64,000 nucleotides of DNA from Patescibacteria group bacterium (GTDB taxonomy: Bacteria; Patescibacteriota; Microgenomatia; UBA1400; PJMF01), in the NCBI GenBank assembly GCA_041747555.1, contig JBGTEY010000013.1, positions 144,814-208,813 on the forward strand, in the 5' to 3' direction. The notes beneath the pieces are model-generated. The model was given only the letters and a program-made list of their open reading frames with translations. It made no database searches and was not told where the DNA came from. Both the position numbers and the translations under genes were made by a program. Below, in pieces: positions 10,850 to 21,439 of this stretch (position 1 is its first letter; the number at the start of each line of letters is the position of its first letter).

Positions 10850-12276
10850 AATTTGTTGAGTGGAACACCATCTACTTGGTCGGTATAAAAGGAGTGGCAA
10901 TGACTGCACTAGCGCAACTTCTTGTTGATGCTGGCAAGACTGTGTTGGGCTGTGATGTCGCAGAAGAATTTGTGACACAAGAAAAACTAACTGAGCTTGG
11001 GATCACCATAGATTTTGGATTTTCACATCAAATTCCAAATTCTGTGGACGGTGTGGTGTATACCGCTGCACATGGTGGAGAGGAAAACCCAGTAGTTACT
11101 GCAGCCAAATCTCAAAGCATTCCAATCTTTTCTCACGCAGAAGCACTGGCAGAGTTATTTAATGCGAAAAGCGAACGTGTAGCAGTGTGTGGAGTCGGTG
11201 GAAAATCGACTGTTTCAGCAATGATTGCTTGGATTTTTGAAGGCATGAAAAATGACGTCTCATACAGCGTCGGTGTCGGAGAAATTGTCGGCCTCGGGCG
11301 CAATGCACGATGGACTGAGAGTTCAAAAACATTTATCACTGAGGCAGATGAGTATGCCAGCAATCCTGAAGCAGTTAAGCGTGGTGCGGACATCGTTCCA
11401 CGATTTTCTTACTTTTCACCTACCATTATAGTAGCTACACATATTCGATATGATCACCCCGATGTGTATTCAGATTTTAAAGAAACTTTGTCGGTATATC
11501 ATGAATTTTTTGAGTCGCTCACACCACCAGAAATTGCTATCGTGCACAACACAGATGTTTCGTACCTGCCCAAAAAGTACCAAAACACTGCAAAAACTAT
11601 TGGAACGGATGAATCTGCAACCATGCGATTTGTCGTGCACCCAACTGAAACGTACGCCGGTACAACCGCTGCGACACTTATTTATGAAGGGAATGAGTAT
11701 GCACTCAAACTCAAAGTTCCTGGAACGTACAATGTGGAAAATGCAGCGTACGCAGTCCTTACCTGCCATTTCTTAGGTATAGAAATTGAAGATGCTATTT
11801 CACAGCTTGAGAGCTTTAACTCAACTAAACGAAGATTTGAATTCCATGGCGTTAAAAATGGCAGTACCTATTATGACGACTATGCACACCACCCTGAGGA
11901 AATTAAAGCAGCAATAACTGCACTCGACCAATGGTACCCAGACGCTCCAAAAGTTATTGCATTCCAACCGCATACATTCTCGCGAACCCAATCACTTTTG
12001 CACGAGTTTTCGCATGTTTTATCTCAAGTAGAAAATTTAGTTTTGCTCGATATTTTTGCATCTGCAAGAGAGTCCGACGCCAAGACAATTTCAATTCAAG
12101 ATCTCAAAACAGCAATAGAAGATCGACAAACCCAAGAATTGTTTCCTACAGCTATCACTGTCGTAGCTAACTACACCGAGCTCGCTTCTCACTTACACAT
12201 GCTTGAACCAGGCACGATTGTCCTCACACTCGGCGCAGGAGATATTTACAAGGTACATGATTTGATTCCAAGTTAA
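10846..12276 (+). CDS. murC: UDP-N-acetylmuramate--L-alanine ligase
   Basis: IYLVGIKGVAMTALAQLL N-terminal Rossmann, CGVGGKSTVSAMIAWIF P-loop. Confidence 0.85.
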   Translation: MKFVEWNTIYLVGIKGVAMTALAQLLVDAGKTVLGCDVAEEFVTQEKLTELGITIDFGFSHQIPNSVDGVVYTAAHGGEENPVVTAAKSQSIPIFSHAEALAELFNAKSERVAVCGVGGKSTVSAMIAWIFEGMKNDVSYSVGVGEIVGLGRNARWTESSKTFITEADEYASNPEAVKRGADIVPRFSYFSPTIIVATHIRYDHPDVYSDFKETLSVYHEFFESLTPPEIAIVHNTDVSYLPKKYQNTAKTIGTDESATMRFVVHPTETYAGTTAATLIYEGNEYALKLKVPGTYNVENAAYAVLTCHFLGIEIEDAISQLESFNSTKRRFEFHGVKNGSTYYDDYAHHPEEIKAAITALDQWYPDAPKVIAFQPHTFSRTQSLLHEFSHVLSQVENLVLLDIFASARESDAKTISIQDLKTAIEDRQTQELFPTAITVVANYTELASHLHMLEPGTIVLTLGAGDIYKVHDLIPS

Positions 12277-12296
12277 ATCTCCATAAAAAAATAATT

Positions 12297-13277
12297 ATGC
12301 CATCAGTCTTAACAGATCATCACCAACAAATCGACGACCTCATTCGCCAACACCCTGACGTATCGTGGATGCGAAACGAATTATTAGCACCAAAGACGTA
12401 CTTTAAAATTGGTGGCCCCGCAGATGTCTACGCAGAGATTGGCGAACGTCAAATGCTGCTAAAAGTGGTTTCTTATTGCCAATCACATCAAATACCGCTT
12501 ACCTTCTTGGGTGGGGGAAGCAATGTCATCATTTCCGATCAGGGTATTCGCGGCGTGGTATTGAGATGGGTGGGCGATTCAGTACAAAAAATTGAAGATG
12601 AGCAAGGCACGCCTGTGCTCTACGCAGAAGCAGGAGTCAAAACTGCGCTACTGGTATCGCAATCAGTATCACAAGGATTTGCAGGTTTAGAATATTTTCT
12701 TGGTGTTCCAGGCACACTCGGTGGTGCTATTTACAATAATGCACACTACATGCAGGACCTAATTGGTGAGCATGTATTGGCTGTTGAGGTGATAGGCAAA
12801 GACAGTCGTTTAGAGTGGATTTCACAGCAAGCGTGTGATTTTGCGTATGAAAAGTCAAGATTTCAAAAAACAGGTGAGCTCATAGTATCGGTAAAATTTT
12901 CTCTCAGTCCCGGTAACGAGTCAGAATCAAAAGCAAAGATTGCAGAAGCAACACGGTATCGCGCCTTGACTCAGCCGCTTGGGATTCCGAGTTCCGGGTG
13001 CATTTTTCAAAATGTACCAAATACTCCTCAACTTAGCAAAAGATTTCCAGATTTTGCAGACAAGGAATTTGTGCCGGGAGGTTACATCATCGATCAAGCT
13101 GGACTCAAAGGATTGCGCGAAGGTGATATAGAGGTGAGCGAAAAACATGCAGCATGGTTGATAAATAGAGGAAGTGGTTCAGCAAAGCAAGTGAAACGCA
13201 TTATTCAAAAAATTAAAGAGACAGTCTCTAAAAAGTACGGCGTCACACTTAAAGAAGAAGTCTTTTTTCTAAAGTAA
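12297..13277 (+). CDS. murB: UDP-N-acetylenolpyruvoylglucosamine reductase
   Basis: FKIGGPADVY...FLGGGSNVIISD FAD-binding signature. Confidence 0.85.
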   Translation: MPSVLTDHHQQIDDLIRQHPDVSWMRNELLAPKTYFKIGGPADVYAEIGERQMLLKVVSYCQSHQIPLTFLGGGSNVIISDQGIRGVVLRWVGDSVQKIEDEQGTPVLYAEAGVKTALLVSQSVSQGFAGLEYFLGVPGTLGGAIYNNAHYMQDLIGEHVLAVEVIGKDSRLEWISQQACDFAYEKSRFQKTGELIVSVKFSLSPGNESESKAKIAEATRYRALTQPLGIPSSGCIFQNVPNTPQLSKRFPDFADKEFVPGGYIIDQAGLKGLREGDIEVSEKHAAWLINRGSGSAKQVKRIIQKIKETVSKKYGVTLKEEVFFLK

Positions 13278-13321
13278 TACCAGTTAGTATCCTGTATAAA
13301 TTATGACGCGCGCACTGTAGA

Positions 13322-14650
13322 ATGGAACACATGGCAGACACACTACACATTACCGGCGGTTCACCCCTCTATGGTTCAGTCCGTATTGGTGGGGCTAAAA
13401 ATGCATCATTTAAATTGATGATCGCGTCACTTCTAGCTGAAAGCGAATCGAGATTATTAAATTTCTCTCACATCAGCGATGTTGAGTTAGTGAGCACGAT
13501 TATTGAATACCTTGGTGGCCATGTGCAGAAAAAAGGTGAGCGTGCACTCTTTATAAATCCTGAAAAACTTAGCTCTGACACCATAAACAAAGAGCACGGG
13601 GAACAGGGTCGATTTTCAACCATGTTTATTCCGCCGTTACTACATCGTTTCGGAAGGGCGGAAGTTCCAACGCCCGGTGGAGATAAAATAGGTCGACGAC
13701 CTCTTGACCGCCACATGGACGGGCTCGAAGCGATGGGTGCGACTGTAGTATTTAAAGATGATACGTATGTTGTTACAGCAGAAAAGCTTATCGGTACTAC
13801 GTACAAATTTGACAAAAATACCCATACCGGCACTGAGACACTCATCTTGGCAGGCGTCAGAGCAGAAGGAACTACAATTCTTGAAAATGCCGCGCTCGAA
13901 CCAGAAATAGATGACCTGATCGCATTTCTAGTGAAAATGGGCGCCCGAATTCGTCGGCGAGCACATCGTGTTATTGAAATCGAAGGTGTCAAAACACTCC
14001 ATGGCGCAATACATAAAATTATTTCAGATAGAAATGAAGCTGTGAGCTATGCCTGCGCAGCAATTGCAACCAAAGGTGACGTCATTATTGAAAATGCTGA
14101 GCACACACATTTAGTTGCATTCTTAGAAAAACTAGATGAAATTGGGGCAGGATACGAGGTATCAGATTATGGAATTCGATTTTTCTATAAGGGCGCATTA
14201 CGTGCAGCTGATGTGACCACAGAAATCGAGCCAGGCTTCATGACTGACTGGCAACCACTGTGGGCGACACTTGCAACACAATGTCAAGGTACAAGCGTCA
14301 TTCACGAAACTATTCATCCGAGTCGATTTCAATATGTTGATCCACTTATTAAAATGGGTGCAAACATAGAACTCTATAATCCAGAAGTAAGTCATCCAGA
14401 AAAAGTCTATAATTTTGATCTAAAAAATGACACGCCTCAGAATTTTCATGCTATTAAAATTCATGGCGCAACTCCGCTTACCGCGGGCACATTTGAGGTC
14501 AAAGATTTACGGCATGGGGCAACTCTTATTTTGGCTGCTATGATTGCTTCAGGTACTTCGGTTGTGCGAGGAATTAATCACGTTGACCGAGGGTATGAAT
14601 CACTTGACACTCGGCTGCAGTCTATGGGTGCTATTATTCAGAGAAAGTAG
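13322..14650 (+). CDS. murA: UDP-N-acetylglucosamine 1-carboxyvinyltransferase
   Basis: LHITGGSPLYGSVRIGGAKNASFKLMIASLLAE EPT-fold signature. Confidence 0.9.
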   Translation: MEHMADTLHITGGSPLYGSVRIGGAKNASFKLMIASLLAESESRLLNFSHISDVELVSTIIEYLGGHVQKKGERALFINPEKLSSDTINKEHGEQGRFSTMFIPPLLHRFGRAEVPTPGGDKIGRRPLDRHMDGLEAMGATVVFKDDTYVVTAEKLIGTTYKFDKNTHTGTETLILAGVRAEGTTILENAALEPEIDDLIAFLVKMGARIRRRAHRVIEIEGVKTLHGAIHKIISDRNEAVSYACAAIATKGDVIIENAEHTHLVAFLEKLDEIGAGYEVSDYGIRFFYKGALRAADVTTEIEPGFMTDWQPLWATLATQCQGTSVIHETIHPSRFQYVDPLIKMGANIELYNPEVSHPEKVYNFDLKNDTPQNFHAIKIHGATPLTAGTFEVKDLRHGATLILAAMIASGTSVVRGINHVDRGYESLDTRLQSMGAIIQRK

Positions 14651-14656
14651 GAACTT

Positions 14657-15700
14657 ATGGGATCGCTCGCAGTCATGCTCAGTTTATTACTCTTGTCATT
14701 TATCGTGACGAGCATAATTATTGTGCCCTTTATCAATTTACTCTACAAGCTCAGATTTCAACGCGCTCAGCAAGAAACAAGAGATGCATTTGGCAAATTG
14801 ACTCCTATTTTTAATTTCTTTCATCAAACCAAAGCAGGCGTTCCGGTTGGGGGTGGACTGCTCATAATCTCAGTGGTGTCATTGTTGTTCTCTCTGGTAT
14901 TGCCGCTCCTTGATGGATTTGGAATTGAAATTACGAGTGTGTATGCAGAAGCACAAGCTGAAATTAATATCTTATTCTTCACTTTTTTATCATTCGGATT
15001 ACTGGGACTTTACGACGACATAAAGAAGTTCTTTAAAATTCCTACTGCTGGTTTTTTTGGATTGCGAATGATGCACAAGCTCATATTTGAAATCATTCTC
15101 GGAACAATCATAGGTGTAATGATGTACCAGAGTCTGGGAATATCAATTCTGAACATTCCTTTTGTGGGCACGTTTGACCTTGGTGTGTTCTTTGTACCCT
15201 TTGCGACATTTGTGATTGTGGCATTTGCCAATGCCATTAACATTACCGATGGCCTAGATGGCTTAGCATCTGGTTCACTGATGATTTCACTGTTTGGACT
15301 ATGGTTCCTGTCAGCATCCATTTTAGATGTTCCGCTCTCTGTATTTATCGCGTTACTCATAGGTTCACTAATCTCATTTTTATACTTTAATGTGTTTCCG
15401 GCGAGAATCTTTTTGGGTGACGTTGGCTCACTTTCTTTCGGTGCTACACTTGCCGTAATTGGACTATTGCTTGGAAAAATAATTGCGATAGTAATAATTG
15501 GGTTTATATTTGTAGTGGAAATTACGAGCTCACTCCTCCAATTACTATCAAAACGTTTCTTGAAAAAACGACTATTTCCCGCTGCTCCAATACATCTCAC
15601 ACTCCAGAAACATGGCTGGGAAGAACCAAAAATTGTTCAGCGCGCATGGCTTGTTCAAATCATTCTGACACTCTTTGGTGTCTGGCTCGCAGTGTTATAA
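14657..15700 (+). CDS. mraY: phospho-N-acetylmuramoyl-pentapeptide transferase
   Basis: NAINITDGLDGLASG and polytopic membrane profile. Confidence 0.9.
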   Translation: MGSLAVMLSLLLLSFIVTSIIIVPFINLLYKLRFQRAQQETRDAFGKLTPIFNFFHQTKAGVPVGGGLLIISVVSLLFSLVLPLLDGFGIEITSVYAEAQAEINILFFTFLSFGLLGLYDDIKKFFKIPTAGFFGLRMMHKLIFEIILGTIIGVMMYQSLGISILNIPFVGTFDLGVFFVPFATFVIVAFANAINITDGLDGLASGSLMISLFGLWFLSASILDVPLSVFIALLIGSLISFLYFNVFPARIFLGDVGSLSFGATLAVIGLLLGKIIAIVIIGFIFVVEITSSLLQLLSKRFLKKRLFPAAPIHLTLQKHGWEEPKIVQRAWLVQIILTLFGVWLAVL

Positions 15701-15719
15701 AGCAACGATACATCAATTC

Positions 15720-16796
15720 ATGAAAAAAAGGCTTGCCCCAGCCCAGAATACTGTTTTTCCCACAGCGCTTGTATTTTTACTATGCTTACTCGGTCTTGTA
15801 TTTGTGTTTGAAGCCTCAGTTGCAGAAAGTCTCAATACTTTTGGCGACCAATATTATTTATTAAGACAACATGTCATCGGGTTGGGCGTCGGCTTCTTTG
15901 CATTTTTGATTGGTCGATATGTGAATCCAAATTTTTGGATTAAAATATCCCCTCTGATTTTCTTCTTAGGTGTGTTGCTACTTATTGCCGTCCTGATTCC
16001 TGGTTTAGGACTGAGGCTTAACGGAGCGCAGCGATGGCTGTCACTTGGCCCAATTACCATACAACCTGTTGAGTTCTTTAAATTTGCACTGATCACTTTT
16101 TTCGCATCTTGGTTAGCGACTCACCAACGAACTGCACCGTTTTTGTTTCTCACGGCAATTCCTAGCGTGCTGCTCATGCTTCAGCCAGATTTAGGTTCGC
16201 TCCTCCTTGTTCTTGGGATTGCCGCGGTCATGTTTTTTATTGCTGGTGGATCTATTAAACATATGCTCGGCATTGCAGCAGTTGCAATTCCGGCATTAGT
16301 ACTGTTGATAGTAACATCCTCATATCGATTAGACCGAATTACTACATTCTTGAATCCAGAATCTGATCCGCTTGGCGCGAGTTTTCATATTCGACAAATT
16401 ACCCTTGCTCTTGGCAGAGGAGGGTGGTTTGGTCAAGGACTTGGAAATTCACACCAGAGGTTTTCCTATATTCCAGAAGCAAGCACTGATTCTATTTTTG
16501 CAATTGTGGGTGAAGAAATTGGATTTCTAGGATCTTTGGTAATACTTGGTTTGTATCTGGCATTTTTCACCTCTGTCTATAAAATGATGGTCAAGGCTGA
16601 CCAACCTGCTGCGGTTCAACTGTTGGGGTTTGGCATTCTGAGTTGGCTCGGATTACAGGTGATCCTTAATTTAGGGGCAGTGGTAGGATTAGTGCCACTC
16701 ACAGGCGTACCGCTTCCATACTTCTCATATGGGAGGTCTGCTCAAATTATGATGCTGCTCGGTACTGGAATCGTAATTAGAACGACACAATCATGA
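15720..16796 (+). CDS. ftsW: SEDS-family peptidoglycan polymerase FtsW
   Basis: QPVEFFKFALITFFASWLA, 10-TM profile; ATG 15720 follows mraY stop (ORF track 15675). Confidence 0.8.
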   Translation: MKKRLAPAQNTVFPTALVFLLCLLGLVFVFEASVAESLNTFGDQYYLLRQHVIGLGVGFFAFLIGRYVNPNFWIKISPLIFFLGVLLLIAVLIPGLGLRLNGAQRWLSLGPITIQPVEFFKFALITFFASWLATHQRTAPFLFLTAIPSVLLMLQPDLGSLLLVLGIAAVMFFIAGGSIKHMLGIAAVAIPALVLLIVTSSYRLDRITTFLNPESDPLGASFHIRQITLALGRGGWFGQGLGNSHQRFSYIPEASTDSIFAIVGEEIGFLGSLVILGLYLAFFTSVYKMMVKADQPAAVQLLGFGILSWLGLQVILNLGAVVGLVPLTGVPLPYFSYGRSAQIMMLLGTGIVIRTTQS

Positions 16797-17923
16797 AAAT
16801 ACTTTTTTCTGGAGGGCACTTAACTCCTGCACTGGCAGTTATCGATTACTTGCAAGAGCATCACCCTGATGTAGAACTCTATTTTGCTGGACGCCTGTAC
16901 ACCAAGCAAGATAAGTCTCAAATAGCTCCAGAAAAAAGAGAAGTTGAATTGAGAAATATTCAGTTTATTTCATTCAGAACAGGAAAGCTTCTATTCTCCA
17001 ATCCCATTACATTTGTTAAAAATCTATGGTTTTTCCTGATTGGTCTCTTCAGAGCTCTTAAAATTATTCAAAGCGTTCGCCCAACTGTCTTTATGTCATT
17101 TGGTGGATACGTTGCGGTGCCGTTGGCTATTGCCGCATGGATTTTTAAGATTCCTGTTATTACGCATGAGCAAACTCGAGTCGCTGGTTTTGCAAACCGA
17201 ATTATCAGCCGATTTGCCAAACAAGTTGCAGTTTCTTTCCCTGAAACGGGTGAGTTTTTCTCTACAAACAAGGTTGTCGTCACTGGCAATCCAATCAGAA
17301 AGCTCGTCATTAGCAACGACGCCAAAAAACCGAACTGGTACAAACAATCTGCTTCCAGTAAGTACCCGATACTCTACATCACCGGGGGGAGTCAAGGTTC
17401 TGAGATACTCAATACAACAGTGTATAAATGCCTCGGTGAGCTAACAAAAAATTGGAATGTCATTCACTCCTGTGGTCCAGCAACTCGAACACGCAACTAC
17501 AAGGGAGATTTGCTCAGAAAACGTCGCCAGCTATCACTCGCTGCTCAGAAGCGGTACTACGTCCGAGAATGGTGTAGTGAGGAGGATCTCGGATGGATCT
17601 ACCACTCTGCGTCAGCAATGATTTCCAGGGCAGGTGCGAATACAATTCAGGAAATTATTATGGCAAACATAGCAAGCATACTAATTCCACTTCCATTTTC
17701 ACACGCTCATGAACAGGAATTGAATGCTCGCTATTTGCAGGAACAAGAAGCTGCATTGATTGTCCAACAAAAGGATCTAAGCCCCGAACGATTATTAGAG
17801 TCACTCAACATATTGCAGAAAAAAAGCAAAAAAATGCACCAACGGTTGGGAGACATTGCTGACACGACTGCAAAGGACGCTGATAGAGTAGTTGCAGAGT
17901 TGCTTTTAGCACAGGGGACATGA
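16793..17923 (+). CDS. murG: UDP-GlcNAc:undecaprenyl-PP-MurNAc-pentapeptide GlcNAc transferase
   Basis: MKILFSGGHLTPALAV N-terminus, GT28 fold; 4-nt overlap with ftsW. Confidence 0.85.
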   Translation: MKILFSGGHLTPALAVIDYLQEHHPDVELYFAGRLYTKQDKSQIAPEKREVELRNIQFISFRTGKLLFSNPITFVKNLWFFLIGLFRALKIIQSVRPTVFMSFGGYVAVPLAIAAWIFKIPVITHEQTRVAGFANRIISRFAKQVAVSFPETGEFFSTNKVVVTGNPIRKLVISNDAKKPNWYKQSASSKYPILYITGGSQGSEILNTTVYKCLGELTKNWNVIHSCGPATRTRNYKGDLLRKRRQLSLAAQKRYYVREWCSEEDLGWIYHSASAMISRAGANTIQEIIMANIASILIPLPFSHAHEQELNARYLQEQEAALIVQQKDLSPERLLESLNILQKKSKKMHQRLGDIADTTAKDADRVVAELLLAQGT

Positions 17924-18645
17924 AATATTTAATTGCGAGTTTTGTTTCAATTGGACTCATTGGCTTGGGTGTGTGGAGTCATTTCGTGTTCTTTCGTGTT
18001 CGAGTCATTCAATGTGTGACAACAACACAACAAACTTGCCCTGATTCTTTCATGCAAGCACTCACGCCTTTTGAGGGGCAATCACTATTTTTGATACAGC
18101 CCATGACAATTACTCAATCAGCGGAATTACAATCAAGTGGATATCAAGTAGTTGCATATCAAAAGAAACTTCCCAATCAACTATTCCTAACTGTTCGATC
18201 AGAAAAACCACTTTTTACAGTTCAATCTGGCAGTGAAAATCAAACAATTAGTGAGTACGGCCGTGTAATTCAAGCACCTAGTGATCAGGTGCTCCCACTC
18301 ATCATCATCGATGATGGGACGGCAACAACAGACGCTGTTCCTGATCAAAAAAGTATTCAAAATGGTTCACTAGTTGAGCCATACCAGACTCCTGTCATAC
18401 AGATTATTTCAGAATTCAAGGATCATCCGTCACTGAAAATATCGACACTTATCTGGAAAAGCCCACAAGAAATAGAAATTAAGCTCGACAATAATATTCG
18501 CGTACTTGTGGATACCTCAAGTTATGGTCATGCAGCAAGAAAAACAACAGCCATCCTAGCATCAGAAAAAGTACAATCAGAGGTAGAATCCATCCAAGAA
18601 ATTGATCTGAGATTAGACCTCCCAGTACTACGCACTTCTCAATAA
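17920..18645 (+). CDS. ftsQ: FtsQ/DivIB-like cell division protein
   Basis: N-terminal TM plus POTRA-like region, position between murG and ftsA. Confidence 0.5.
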   Translation: MKYLIASFVSIGLIGLGVWSHFVFFRVRVIQCVTTTQQTCPDSFMQALTPFEGQSLFLIQPMTITQSAELQSSGYQVVAYQKKLPNQLFLTVRSEKPLFTVQSGSENQTISEYGRVIQAPSDQVLPLIIIDDGTATTDAVPDQKSIQNGSLVEPYQTPVIQIISEFKDHPSLKISTLIWKSPQEIEIKLDNNIRVLVDTSSYGHAARKTTAILASEKVQSEVESIQEIDLRLDLPVLRTSQ

Positions 18646-18652
18646 ATTTGCT

Positions 18653-19966
18653 ATGCTGTATTCCATGCCACAACAAGCTATTATTACTGCTATTGATCTC
18701 GGTACCGATACCTGTGTGACTTTGATCGCTGCTCAGGATCTTGATACGCGCGCAGTCAGAGTGCTAGGCGTGTCCGCCATACCAGCCCGAGGCATGAAGA
18801 AATCGCAAATCATTGATCTTGAACAAGTATTTGAGACAATCAGCGAAAGCCTCGATGCCGCAGAGCGCATGGCGGGGTTGGATGTTAAAAGTGCTTATGT
18901 CGCCGTATCAGGAGCACACATCAAGTCCCTAAATTCTAAGGGCGTTGTTGCTGTCTCTTCACCTGAACAAGAGATAAATGCAGATGACGTCACCAGAGTT
19001 ATTGAAGCTGCTCGGGCAATTTCACTTTCTTCTGACAGAGAAATAATGCATGTCATTCCCAAGGATTTTAAGGTTGATTCCCAAGACGGCATTAAAGACC
19101 CAGTCGGTATGACTGGCGTCAGACTCGAATCAGAAGCACATATCATCACTGGCATGAGCACCGCACTGAGAAATCTAGAAAAATGCATCATGGACTTAGG
19201 ACTGACGGTCGATGGATTTGTATTTTCTGGATTGGCAGCAGCATCGGTAGTTTTGTCTGAAACAGAAAAAGAACTTGGCGTTGCGTTGATCGATATTGGC
19301 GCGGGTTCAACATCACTATCTGTATATGTGGATGGTACCATTGAATTTTCAGCATCACTTCCAATTGGCGCTCGACATATAACTCAAGACATTGCACTTG
19401 GTACAAGAATTAGCATCGATACCGCAGAAAAAATTAAAATTGCGCTCTCAGAGGAGGGTCTCCGCACGCTCAAACCCCACGCCGGCGAGTCCAAACAAGA
19501 GTTTAACAAACGAAGAAAAGTCGCTGATAAGTTAAAAGTCTCAGACTATGACCACTCAGATTCAACCGAAGAGCTCTCTAAAAGAACCATCGTCGAATCA
19601 ATCATGACTGCCCGAATGCAGGAAATATTTGATCTAGTACTCGAGCAACTCAAGAAAAATAATCTAGCTCGTGAAATACCCGCAGGTGTCGTACTCACGG
19701 GTGGTGGAGCTGAAACGGTCTATCTCGTCGAGGTGGCCAAACGAGTACTCAACCTTCCCGCGCGCGTTGGCGAACCAGTTGAGCTTGAAGGCATGACAAG
19801 TGATATTCACAAGCCAGCCTTCGCTACAAGCATTGGGCTCATTGAGTACGGCAAACAACGTCAAGGTGGTACTGTCCAATCAGGATTTAAACTCCCGTCA
19901 TTCCTTTCTGGAAATGGTTCGATCGTGCAAAAAATTACACAAGGAATCAGATCACTGTTGCCATAA
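18653..19966 (+). CDS. ftsA: cell division protein FtsA (actin-like ATPase)
   Basis: IITAIDLGTDTCVTLIAAQD phosphate-1 motif, VLTGGGA motif. Confidence 0.85.
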   Translation: MLYSMPQQAIITAIDLGTDTCVTLIAAQDLDTRAVRVLGVSAIPARGMKKSQIIDLEQVFETISESLDAAERMAGLDVKSAYVAVSGAHIKSLNSKGVVAVSSPEQEINADDVTRVIEAARAISLSSDREIMHVIPKDFKVDSQDGIKDPVGMTGVRLESEAHIITGMSTALRNLEKCIMDLGLTVDGFVFSGLAAASVVLSETEKELGVALIDIGAGSTSLSVYVDGTIEFSASLPIGARHITQDIALGTRISIDTAEKIKIALSEEGLRTLKPHAGESKQEFNKRRKVADKLKVSDYDHSDSTEELSKRTIVESIMTARMQEIFDLVLEQLKKNNLAREIPAGVVLTGGGAETVYLVEVAKRVLNLPARVGEPVELEGMTSDIHKPAFATSIGLIEYGKQRQGGTVQSGFKLPSFLSGNGSIVQKITQGIRSLLP

Positions 19967-20068
19967 TTTTTACCCAATTACGTAGTCAAGAAAAGCACGT
20001 TTACTACTGTCATCGAGTCAGTAAAAGTGATACACTTTGCCCACAAAATAAGATGCATCTAGAAACTA

Positions 20069-21370
20069 TTGATAGAACGCCCTATGGGATTAGTTAAACC
20101 ATCAAACACCACCTTTGCCAAAATTAAAGTAGTTGGTGTGGGCGGCGGTGGTGGTAACGCCGTTAACTCGATGATTGATTCAAAGCAAATCAACGGTGTC
20201 GAGTTCATCACAGTCAACACAGACGCACAAGCACTTCTTACCTCGCAAGCAGATAGCAAAGTTCAAATTGGCAGCAACTTCACCAAGGGTTTAGGCTCAG
20301 GCGCAGATCCAGAAGTCGGTCGCATGTCTGCAGAAGAATCATACGACAAGCTCAAAGACATGCTCTTTGATACCGACATGGTGTTTATCACCGCTGGAAT
20401 GGGTGGTGGTACCGGTACCGGCGCATCTCCTATCGTTGCCGAAATAGCCAAGGAAACAGGCGCGCTCACCGTGGCCGTTGTCACCAAGCCGTTTGCTTTT
20501 GAAGGTGTTCGCAGAATGCAAACCGCAGAAGAAGGCATTGCAGGACTTAAGGATGCGGTCGATACCTTGATTGTTATACCTAATCAGCGCTTGATGGAAG
20601 TCGTTGACAAAAAAATGACGCTCCTCGATGCCTTTATGCTTGCAGACAACGTGCTTGGCCAAGGAGTGCAGGGCATTGCAGATCTCATTACCGTCCCTGG
20701 GCTCATCAATGTTGACTTTGCAGACGTCAAAACCATTATGACCGATTCTGGCTCAGCCCTCATGGGAATTGGTGAAGCCAGTGGTGAAAATCGCGCCGCT
20801 ACTGCAGCTAGAATGGCGATCTCGTCGCCGTTACTAGAGGTCTCAATTGATGGCGCCAAAGGCATTCTCTACAACATCATCGGTGGTGAAGACATGGCAA
20901 TGAGCGAAGTCTCAGATGCATCAACCATAATTGCCAACGCCGCAGATCCAGATGCCAATATCATTTTTGGGGCAACGATTAATAAAGAAATGGGTAATAA
21001 AATTAAAATTAGCGTTATTGCAACTGGATTTGATGATCGACAGATGGGGTACGCATCCTCAAATCGCCCTATGTTTGGGTCATTCAGTCGTGATTCACGC
21101 GCTCGAATTCAACGAGAAGAAGCTCCAGTTGAGCCAAAAGGGGTCACCTTTGATCGAGCACCACAGGGATTTACCCAACCACTGACGACTTCCCAGATGT
21201 CGAGCTCCAACCCACAACCATTTGTGACATCCCATGCATTTGGTGATACTGATCAATCGGGATCAAGCAGACAACAGTCACACAACGACCCGAGTGACGA
21301 TTCCGCAGATTCCGAGAGCGATTTTGAGGATGAGTTTGAAATTCCAGCATTTATGCGCAAAAGGAAGTAA
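20069..21370 (+). CDS. ftsZ: cell division GTPase FtsZ
   Basis: [11 protein letters not shown] and [10 protein letters not shown] tubulin signatures; acidic C-terminal tail with conserved terminal peptide. Confidence 0.95.
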   Translation: MIERPMGLVKPSNTTFAKIKVVGVGGGGGNAVNSMIDSKQINGVEFITVNTDAQALLTSQADSKVQIGSNFTKGLGSGADPEVGRMSAEESYDKLKDMLFDTDMVFITAGMGGGTGTGASPIVAEIAKETGALTVAVVTKPFAFEGVRRMQTAEEGIAGLKDAVDTLIVIPNQRLMEVVDKKMTLLDAFMLADNVLGQGVQGIADLITVPGLINVDFADVKTIMTDSGSALMGIGEASGENRAATAARMAISSPLLEVSIDGAKGILYNIIGGEDMAMSEVSDASTIIANAADPDANIIFGATINKEMGNKIKISVIATGFDDRQMGYASSNRPMFGSFSRDSRARIQREEAPVEPKGVTFDRAPQGFTQPLTTSQMSSSNPQPFVTSHAFGDTDQSGSSRQQSHNDPSDDSADSESDFEDEFEIPAFMRKRK

Positions 21371-21439
21371 CTCGTTTTCAAGGTATTGCACTCTGCTTTC
21401 AGATAATTCATTTTTTCCTGTGATATACTAATACTCAAC

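Noticed and set aside
13468-13992. 174-aa minus-strand ORF inside murA
   Set aside because: Antisense overlap with a conserved gene. Arg/Ser-rich composition typical of spurious antisense frames.
15010-15600. 196-aa minus-strand ORF inside mraY
   Set aside because: Entirely embedded antisense in a highly conserved membrane-protein gene. No independent signals.
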